Source: a virus (taxonomy: Duplodnaviria > Caudoviricetes). Taken from it: a stretch of 64,000 nt of DNA. Below the pieces are notes generated by a model. It did not search any database and was not told the DNA's origin. It saw only the letters and a list, made by a program, of their open reading frames with translations. Numbering within the stretch: position 1 is the first letter of the stretch; each line of letters begins with the position of its first letter. The stretch covers positions 1 through 64,000 of the IMG/VR virus record IMGVR_UViG_3300028832_000128; one strand, written 5' to 3'. A program made the translations under genes and the position numbers. This document shows positions 57,254 through 64,000 of the stretch, in pieces.

Positions 57254-57598
57254 TTATTTAATTTCGCAAAGTAAAGCATATATCCGCCGTTCGCTTACAC
57301 CTATCAACTTATGTATTTTTCGACGACCGTAACCAAGTTGAAAATGTAAAAAAATAACAAATCTTTCAATTTTGGTATATCGTCCTAAAGCGGTTATCTT
57401 TGCTTTTTTTTCAAATTTCAAATAGCTGTTATATTCTGTTGATCTTAATTTGCTTTTATAATTAACGGATATTTTCCGTTCTACATATTTTCGTCTAACA
57501 AACTTGTAAAACTTTTCATCCGGAATCAATTTTATCTTTGGAGCTTTGCTTTTATATTCGTCTATATCAAACAACAAATTTTGTCTTTTTCTCGTCAT
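57254..57598 (-). CDS. Sigma70 region-4-like HTH late regulator candidate
   Basis: Identical translation to A. Confidence 0.6.
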   Translation of the reverse strand: MTRKRQNLLFDIDEYKSKAPKIKLIPDEKFYKFVRRKYVERKISVNYKSKLRSTEYNSYLKFEKKAKITALGRYTKIERFVIFLHFQLGYGRRKIHKLIGVSERRIYALLCEIK

Positions 57599-57603
57599 AA
57601 AAT

Positions 57604-57648
57604 AAAAAAGACGGCAATAAACAGAGTTTAACTCTGCTTATTACCGTC
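57604..57648 (-). terminator. Intrinsic terminator (B copy)
   Basis: Same as 20461..20505. Confidence 0.85.
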
Positions 57649-57773
57649 CATATTTGTTAAATTATTATAACTGCAAATAAAAAAAGCCAAAGAAAAAAAT
57701 GTCCTTCTTACCCATTTTTTATCTTTCGCCGATTTGATTTTAATATATTTTAAAAAAAATGTCAACATATTTT

Positions 57774-58946
57774 TTACCTATGCACGATAATTTTTAAAAC
57801 TTGCACAAGTCTCGTAAGTTCTTGTTTCCAATTTTTTTTATATTCGTCTATATGTTTAAGTGCTTCAAATTGTCCGTATTTACTTTTTAAATCTGCCATC
57901 ATTACATTAAAATTCACAGTCTTATATACTATATCTTGTGTTTTGTTTTCTTTAATATCTATATGTTGTGTTTGTTCTTTTTGTTTTTCTTGTTCTTTTC
58001 TCTTATTTACTGCTGCAACACAAATTTGATTACAGGATGTTTCTAATACTTCCAACGAAAATTTATTATATTGCCAAGCAGATTTATTCGTCGCAAGTTT
58101 AAAAAATTCTTTAATAATATAAGCCGCTTTAAGTTCTCCATAAGTTGTAAATATTCTGTTCATTATGCTCATATCTTTTTTAAAATTACATTTAAATTGA
58201 TTATTAAATTCGGACTGAAACAACATACACCAATAACCTAAAAGTCTTTTACTTGCGTTATCAGAATTGATTAATGATTTTTTGTTATTAATATCTTCGA
58301 TATTAATTTTAATATTATTTATATATATATTATTATAAAAACTTTTTTTTGTAATTTCGTATTCATTCAAATTTGCATTGATTTTTGAATTGATTTCTTG
58401 TTTATTATCAATATTGATAATTTCCTTATTTTGTTGTAAATTATTATTGATTTTTAAGTCGTTTTTTGAATTTTCAAGCGTGTTATCAATATTGATAATT
58501 TGTTCTTTTTTTTCTTCGTTATTTAAATTGTTATCAATATTGATAATTTTAACATCCTTTTTTTCTTGGTTATCGTCTATCTTTAAGCTATTTTTTTGAT
58601 TTTTATTTGAATTTTCAACCGCATTATCAATATTGATAATTTGTTGCCACTTTTTCGTATTTTTTACAACCGTAAAATAGTTTTTTTTGCCTACTTTTTC
58701 TTTTATTATTATTCCCATATTCTGTAGGTTTTTTAAGCCTCTTAAAACATTTGTAACGCCTAATCCGGTAAGTTCCACAAACTCGATGTTTTCTATGCAA
58801 TTTTTATTCATACCGTAGCCGTAAGTCTTAGCCAATATTACATATAACACCTGATGTGTTTCTCCTGCGATCCTAAGCCCTGCTAATCTTTCCCATATTT
58901 CAACATCGATTAAACCTTTTCTTTTATTTTCAAATAAATCATCCAT
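57774..58946 (-). CDS. Replication initiator, lambda O-like
   Basis: Identical translation to A; iterons at 58404..58639. Confidence 0.8.
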   Translation of the reverse strand: MDDLFENKRKGLIDVEIWERLAGLRIAGETHQVLYVILAKTYGYGMNKNCIENIEFVELTGLGVTNVLRGLKNLQNMGIIIKEKVGKKNYFTVVKNTKKWQQIINIDNAVENSNKNQKNSLKIDDNQEKKDVKIINIDNNLNNEEKKEQIINIDNTLENSKNDLKINNNLQQNKEIINIDNKQEINSKINANLNEYEITKKSFYNNIYINNIKINIEDINNKKSLINSDNASKRLLGYWCMLFQSEFNNQFKCNFKKDMSIMNRIFTTYGELKAAYIIKEFFKLATNKSAWQYNKFSLEVLETSCNQICVAAVNKRKEQEKQKEQTQHIDIKENKTQDIVYKTVNFNVMMADLKSKYGQFEALKHIDEYKKNWKQELTRLVQVLKIIVHR

Positions 58947-60285
58947 ATTGCTCGTTCTCCTTATTAAAAAATTTAGTTTGCGTTGCTTCGAATATTAAAT
59001 CTATATCGCCACACGCACCGTTACGGTTTTTTCCTATTCGTATTTTGGCGTTTCTTTGCACCGTATCGTCGTTCGGTTTATAATATCCCTCACGCCACAC
59101 AAACAAAACAACATCTGCGTCTTGTTCAATCGCTCCGGAATCTCTTAAATCACTTAACACCGGAATAGAGTTTTTTACTCCCCTTTGTTCAGGAGCTCTT
59201 GAAAGCTGGCTTAAAACAATAACAGGCACATCCAAATCCCTTGCCAAACTTTTTAATTGCCTCGAAATATCAGCTATTTGGTTGTTTTTATCTTTAATAC
59301 TACTATCTCCTCTTAAAAGCTGTAAATAATCAATTACAATCAAATCTAAATGCTTTCCTTTGGTTTTTAATTTATTTGCACAATTTCGGCTCTTGCTTCG
59401 AATATCAAAAGCCGTAGAATCGGCACTGTCGTCAATTAAAATATTCATACTTCCTAACGATTGAGCTGCATTAGATAATTCAGCCCATTCATTATCTGCA
59501 ATATTTGCGTATTTCAGTTTACTTGCACTCATACCGCTTACGGATGATAACAACCTTTGTATTAATAACTTACGGCTCATTTCTAAACTAAACACCGCAA
59601 CCGCTTTACCTGATGTAGCCACATTTTCGGCAATATTCAACGCAAAAGCGGTCTTTCCCATGGACGGACGCCCTGCAATAATTATCAGTTCTCCGTTTTG
59701 AAATCCGCCAATCCTTTTGTCTAAGTCGACAAATCCGCTTGCAAGCCCCGGCACAGCGGACCTGTTGCTATGCAAATATTCGATGTTTTGCACCGCCGAA
59801 ACAATATCTTTATAAATCTCCGTCAAACTATTATCTTTAACGTTTTCACTTGCAACGGCAAATAATTCTTGTTGTGCATTATCTAATATTTCTTTTGCAG
59901 TTTTGGTTTGTTCTGATACATCGTTTGCAATTTGCATTGCCGCTTTCAAAGTTGCTCTCAATATGCTTTTTTCTCGCACAATATCGATATAACTTCTATA
60001 TCCCGCCGTAGTTTGGACGTTATTAATTAAATTAGTAAGCCAAACCGGACCGCCTTTTTCGGCGTAAATTTTATTGCTTTTTAATTCGTTGTTTACCGTA
60101 ACAAGATCGACACTTTGCCCGTTTGTCCATAGTTTTTTACATACATTAAATATGTCTGCGTGTATTCCCATATAAAAATCATTTTCGTTTAATCTCGAGC
60201 AAATTTCGCCGATAGTATCGGAATTTATAACCATACAAGCTACTATAGCTCGTTCAGCGTTTAAATCTTGAGGAAATTCTTTCAT
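58939..60285 (-). CDS. dnaB: DnaB-like helicase
   Basis: Identical translation to A. Confidence 0.95.
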   Translation of the reverse strand: MKEFPQDLNAERAIVACMVINSDTIGEICSRLNENDFYMGIHADIFNVCKKLWTNGQSVDLVTVNNELKSNKIYAEKGGPVWLTNLINNVQTTAGYRSYIDIVREKSILRATLKAAMQIANDVSEQTKTAKEILDNAQQELFAVASENVKDNSLTEIYKDIVSAVQNIEYLHSNRSAVPGLASGFVDLDKRIGGFQNGELIIIAGRPSMGKTAFALNIAENVATSGKAVAVFSLEMSRKLLIQRLLSSVSGMSASKLKYANIADNEWAELSNAAQSLGSMNILIDDSADSTAFDIRSKSRNCANKLKTKGKHLDLIVIDYLQLLRGDSSIKDKNNQIADISRQLKSLARDLDVPVIVLSQLSRAPEQRGVKNSIPVLSDLRDSGAIEQDADVVLFVWREGYYKPNDDTVQRNAKIRIGKNRNGACGDIDLIFEATQTKFFNKENEQYG

Positions 60286-60294
60286 TTTGCACCC

Positions 60295-60492
60295 TTAAAA
60301 TAATTTCATTTGTTTGTTTTCTCGTTGCTGCAAATCTTCATAATCTTTTAAAATCTCTTCGAATATTGCAACTTGTCTGTCTGCCTGAGTTTGTGTCATT
60401 CTTTTAGCTAAAACCAAATTAGGATATACTTTTTTTCTAAATCCCAACTCTCTTTTTATTGCCTGAATTTTATCTCTTGTTGTTATCGACAT
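60295..60492 (-). CDS. Hypothetical early protein
   Basis: Copy of 23152..23349. Confidence 0.7.
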   Translation of the reverse strand: MSITTRDKIQAIKRELGFRKKVYPNLVLAKRMTQTQADRQVAIFEEILKDYEDLQQRENKQMKLF

Positions 60493-60751
60493 CCGCTCTC
60501 TCCTTTTTCTTAAAATGTTTCATTACTCTGTTTATTGTTTCTTGTGATATTTCTTGAATATCATCCATGCAAAGCCAAAACTCTCTATTTAAAATTTTAA
60601 AATTCAAATCCCATGGAAACATTAAATTACAAATTAATAAATCATCGTCGGTTTTGCGACATCCATCTTCACAGCCGTGTGTTTTTCTGTATTCCTTGCA
60701 GACCACTAATAATTCTTTCCTGCTAAACTCAACAACTATCTTGTCGTCCAT
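60470..60751 (-). CDS. Hypothetical early protein
   Basis: Copy of 23327..23608. Confidence 0.6.
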   Translation of the reverse strand: MDDKIVVEFSRKELLVVCKEYRKTHGCEDGCRKTDDDLLICNLMFPWDLNFKILNREFWLCMDDIQEISQETINRVMKHFKKKERADVDNNKR

Positions 60752-61034
60752 TTAATTGTTTCCTTTGTAAAAATTTAACAAACAGATCTTTTTTCTTTTT
60801 TAATTGTTTTTCGAGTTCTCTTATTTCTCGTTTCATTTTTTCAATTTCGCTTTCCGGATCCATTACACTCCACACATGTTCTTTTCTTTCTCCCATATAC
60901 ACCGCTATCATTTCAGCACAATCAAACTTGTCCATTGTTCTAAAATCAAGTATTATTTGTCTGCAAACATCTCTAAATTGCTCTTCGTCTTTTTCGTAAT
61001 GATATTTAATTAATCTAAGTATTGTATTAATCAT
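60729..61034 (-). CDS. Hypothetical early protein
   Basis: Copy of 23586..23891. Confidence 0.65.
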   Translation of the reverse strand: MINTILRLIKYHYEKDEEQFRDVCRQIILDFRTMDKFDCAEMIAVYMGERKEHVWSVMDPESEIEKMKREIRELEKQLKKKKDLFVKFLQRKQLNGRQDSC

Positions 61035-61199
61035 TTATTCGTCCTCTTTTTTCAGTGCGAAAAAAATCTGCAAAGTATGTCCTCTTCCTACACTAACCAC
61101 AACCTGTCTGTTGTCTTTATGAATTACTTTCTGTATTATCCATTTTTTTCCATCGACTTCTTCTATTACTCTACCTACTTTGTAATCACTAATTTTCAT
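61035..61199 (-). CDS. Small hypothetical protein (54 aa)
   Basis: Copy of 23892..24056. Confidence 0.65.
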   Translation of the reverse strand: MKISDYKVGRVIEEVDGKKWIIQKVIHKDNRQVVVSVGRGHTLQIFFALKKEDE

Positions 61200-61200
61200 A

Positions 61201-61521
61201 TCAGCTATTTTCATTATTTATTCCCTCTTTGTCGCCAAATTTTGTTTTTATAAATTCAATTAAAAAATCTATTTCAGATATACAATGCCGCAACATTCTT
61301 ACATGTTCTGTTTCTTCATGCATAAAATCACGTTCAAAATGCAAATGCGGATAAAATATCTCTTTGTTTTTTTTAGCAATTTTTTCCCGTTCTTTTTCTT
61401 CTTTTTTTCTTCTGTCTTCTTCTTGTAATGCTTTTGCTACATACTCCGCATGCAATTTTTCGATTCTGTTTTTTAAAAATTTTTTTCTATTTTCCAATTC
61501 TTTTAATGTTATATAACGCAT
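61201..61521 (-). CDS. Hypothetical early protein
   Basis: Copy of 24058..24378. Confidence 0.65.
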   Translation of the reverse strand: MRYITLKELENRKKFLKNRIEKLHAEYVAKALQEEDRRKKEEKEREKIAKKNKEIFYPHLHFERDFMHEETEHVRMLRHCISEIDFLIEFIKTKFGDKEGINNENS

Positions 61522-61525
61522 ATAT

Positions 61526-61783
61526 TTAACCCTTTTTCTTTTTTATTCTGTTTATGAATTTCTTTAAGCCGATTCTTGCACCTTTTAACGTTTTGTAACA
61601 ATAGTCGTTGTAAAACACTCGTCTAAAGTCGTCTAAATAATAAATAAATACAGTATTCCCTATTAATTCTCCTCTAACAACACGAATTGTGATTTTATCT
61701 ATTGTCAGTTTATCGCCTAACCAATGTGTAACATAGACGGTATCTCCCTGTTTAAATTTGCTTTTTACCTGAAATTTACTCAT
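61526..61783 (-). CDS. Hypothetical early protein
   Basis: Copy of 24383..24640. Confidence 0.65.
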   Translation of the reverse strand: MSKFQVKSKFKQGDTVYVTHWLGDKLTIDKITIRVVRGELIGNTVFIYYLDDFRRVFYNDYCYKTLKGARIGLKKFINRIKKKKG

Positions 61784-62084
61784 TTTTTAATACCTTAAAT
61801 TCAATATCAAAAACTTTTCCGTTATACTTTAAATCCGTATCTTTACCGTCAATAATTCTTGCTCTTTTTATAATCGCTTTTATTATTTTTTCTTTGTCGT
61901 TTTTCTTAGGATAACCTAAAGTAAAAACAATGTTAGGATTAGGCGGAATATATACATAAGTTCCCAAGTTTAAATGCTTATATATTCTATTAATCCAATA
62001 TTTATTCCAAATCCTATATTCGTGTGTTTTCTCTCCGGATTTTACCTTTTCAAACCACTCTTTCTTTAGATGAAACATTAACAT
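61776..62084 (-). CDS. ASCH-domain protein
   Basis: Copy of 24633..24941. Confidence 0.8.
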   Translation of the reverse strand: MLMFHLKKEWFEKVKSGEKTHEYRIWNKYWINRIYKHLNLGTYVYIPPNPNIVFTLGYPKKNDKEKIIKAIIKRARIIDGKDTDLKYNGKVFDIEFKVLKNE

Positions 62085-62469
62085 TGTTTTGCTCCTGCGT
62101 TTCAAATTTTTTATATTCTCTAATAAAAACAGTTAATGCAATAAAAAAATCTCCTATAACTGACACTTCTTCGGATGAAAAATTAAATTCTCTTTCACAT
62201 AAATTAATCAATCCGAATCCAGTGTTATTTGTTATTCTAATTATCATTAAATAAGTTTTCCCTTTGTTCCAAAGAGTGTTTCTGACTTCAAGAAAAACAT
62301 TTATTCTATCGTTTTGAAAAATATATTCTCGTTTTGATAAGATTTCTCTGTTTCTTGACTCTATTTCTTTATAAATATTGTTTTTATCTATACATTTAAA
62401 GTTTAATTGTTTAAACAAACGACATATTATGTCTATTTCGATTTCTATCATTTCAGAAAAATCCCTCAT
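62050..62469 (-). CDS. Hypothetical early protein
   Basis: Copy of 24907..25326. Confidence 0.6.
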   Translation of the reverse strand: MRDFSEMIEIEIDIICRLFKQLNFKCIDKNNIYKEIESRNREILSKREYIFQNDRINVFLEVRNTLWNKGKTYLMIIRITNNTGFGLINLCEREFNFSSEEVSVIGDFFIALTVFIREYKKFETQEQNNVNVSSKERVV

Positions 62470-62488
62470 TCTTTGTTCTCCTTGCGTT

Positions 62489-63001
62489 TTAACAAACTTG
62501 TAAATTATATTTTCCGTATTTTTTAACAAAGTCTATATACTTAAAACTTCCGTCTATTTGTTGGTTTTTTATTTCAGTCTCTGTTGAATAATCGCAGTCG
62601 ACATATAAATGACAACCGGATTCGTTTTTGTATTTAGCTAAATTAAGTTTTTTGTGCCAATAATCAAAATGTTGTCTATCTGATAAAACAAGTAGTTTAA
62701 AATCTTTTTTATCACAATTTAAGTTCGAACCGAACTTAATACATTCATCTAAATTTTTACATCTTCGAATATAAACTTTCCAACCGTCATCAAAATGGAC
62801 TCCGAAAGGGTTAGAAAAACTCGCTCCTTCTAAAGGTTTTAAACATTCTTTGCCTAATAAAAAATAAAGATGATCTAAAAGATTATCCTCTGTTTCAAAA
62901 ACAGGATAACTTGTAGTTTTGTATAAGCTTTTAAAGATTGCTAAATATAAAGGTTTTTTATATTCTTTACAGAAAAAACGTCTAATCCAAAATGGAACCA
63001 T
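62489..63001 (-). CDS. Hypothetical early protein
   Basis: Copy of 25346..25858. Confidence 0.6.
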   Translation of the reverse strand: MVPFWIRRFFCKEYKKPLYLAIFKSLYKTTSYPVFETEDNLLDHLYFLLGKECLKPLEGASFSNPFGVHFDDGWKVYIRRCKNLDECIKFGSNLNCDKKDFKLLVLSDRQHFDYWHKKLNLAKYKNESGCHLYVDCDYSTETEIKNQQIDGSFKYIDFVKKYGKYNLQVC

Positions 63002-63255
63002 TATTTTGTCTCCTTAAAATAAACATATTTACCGTCTTTCCTTGCGAACGCTCCGCATGGCACCGCAGGACAATGAAACCTATTCAGGTTAAAAAAACAC
63101 TTCTTACACTGCTCTTTAATACTGCTTTCAATTACTTCCAATTTAAATTTTCTAACGCCGTAATTACCATCTTCCCATTGATAAAATACAGGTAACTCCA
63201 CAACTTCAACTACCATCTTCCTAAATGTATCCTTGTTTTTAATTCGTTTCTCCAA
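63001..63255 (-). CDS. Hypothetical early protein
   Basis: Copy of 25858..26112. Confidence 0.6.
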   Translation of the reverse strand: MEKRIKNKDTFRKMVVEVVELPVFYQWEDGNYGVRKFKLEVIESSIKEQCKKCFFNLNRFHCPAVPCGAFARKDGKYVYFKETK

Positions 63256-63407
63256 TAGCCGATCCGGTAATCATTAATCACGGAATTAACCACAAATAAA
63301 ATCATAAATACTTTAAAATACCATGCACAACTTAAACTACATACAAACCAAACCAACGCTGCCGGAATTAAAATTGTTCTTACTACAGCCCAAATCATTC
63401 TAAACAT
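63210..63407 (-). CDS. Small membrane protein
   Basis: Copy of 26067..26264. Confidence 0.55.
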   Translation of the reverse strand: MFRMIWAVVRTILIPAALVWFVCSLSCAWYFKVFMILFVVNSVINDYRIGYWRNELKTRIHLGRW

Positions 63408-63726
63408 GTTTTTCTTCTCCTTGATATTTTTTTATTACGTCTAATTTTGCTTTTGCAATATCAAAATCAAACTGATATGTTCCTACTACGTAACCCATAC
63501 CACCGGCGTTGCTCATACCTACGCCGATTTTTTCAGTTTTGTTTTTTGTGTATTGCAAATAAGCGTTATAAAGCTCTGTATTACCTTTTATTTTTTGAGT
63601 AACAATATAATTGCGGATAATCATACCGTCTAAATACGGAGTTCTTTTGATTTTTGTTTTGTGATAAGTAAACCTTAACACTCTCTCCAATAATTTCCCT
63701 ACCTTATCAACCTGATAACCCTTCAT
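63400..63726 (-). CDS. Hypothetical early protein
   Basis: Copy of 26257..26583. Confidence 0.65.
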   Translation of the reverse strand: MKGYQVDKVGKLLERVLRFTYHKTKIKRTPYLDGMIIRNYIVTQKIKGNTELYNAYLQYTKNKTEKIGVGMSNAGGMGYVVGTYQFDFDIAKAKLDVIKKYQGEEKHV

Positions 63727-63932
63727 TTGTCCAGCTCCTTTTTAATTTTATTTAAACTCCAATATTTACAACCGTTTCCGAATTTTTTACCTGCAATTCC
63801 CCAAATCTTCATACGATGATAAACTCCGTCTCTATCTTTTAAACCGAAAAATTGTCTCAAAAACTCCGCATTTACATATTTGTCGCCAAAAAGCTCCTTA
63901 ACATCGGGCTTAATTTCATTTACTACTTGCAT
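63723..63932 (-). CDS. Excisionase-like protein
   Basis: Copy of 26580..26789. Confidence 0.55.
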   Translation of the reverse strand: MQVVNEIKPDVKELFGDKYVNAEFLRQFFGLKDRDGVYHRMKIWGIAGKKFGNGCKYWSLNKIKKELDK

Positions 63933-64000
63933 ACAACCCCCTTAAAACCTTTTACAACCGTTGCAAAAACTACACAAAACGGCTATAATTAATAAAAGGC

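Larger units (their letters stand above)
29098..64000. mobile_element. Prophage B, relative of A in direct tandem; right end outside window
   Basis: Same gene order repeated at ~37.0-37.1 kb offset; starts at the att junction. Confidence 0.9.

Noticed and set aside
1-64000. Host assignment
   Set aside because: AT-rich composition and a tRNA fragment are not enough without a database search

Overview
The window holds two closely related ~37 kb temperate, probably podovirus-like, prophages in direct tandem. Prophage A runs from before position 1 to ~29056; prophage B runs from ~29098 to beyond 64000. They meet at an att junction containing the 5' half of a tRNA-Glu(CTC). Nearly all genes are on the minus strand; the lysogeny module (repressor, two accessory genes, integrase) is on plus. 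Late modules are homologous but diverged, while the early modules (~19825-26857 vs ~56968-64000, offset 37143) look identical. Each prophage carries its own diversity-generating retroelement (target gene with C-terminal VR, hairpin, TR, RT). TR/VR differences are 13 of 13 at TR adenines in A and 15 of 16 in B; neither cassette has a recognisable avd gene and both RTs have LGNYTSA instead of GxxxSQ. Comparing the two copies exposes further signals: a C4/CI-like antisense RNA switch with two targets, a conserved 52-codon in-frame extension behind a holin-like TGA stop, covarying RNA hairpins in the TR-RT spacer and upstream of the capsid gene, a phage-supplied promoter for the tRNA half, and an LSGLNLEK peptide shared by a lysogeny-module membrane protein and the 2149-aa putative ejection protein. 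All calls are by eye; no database searches were run, the host is not identified, and an assembly artefact for the tandem structure cannot be excluded.
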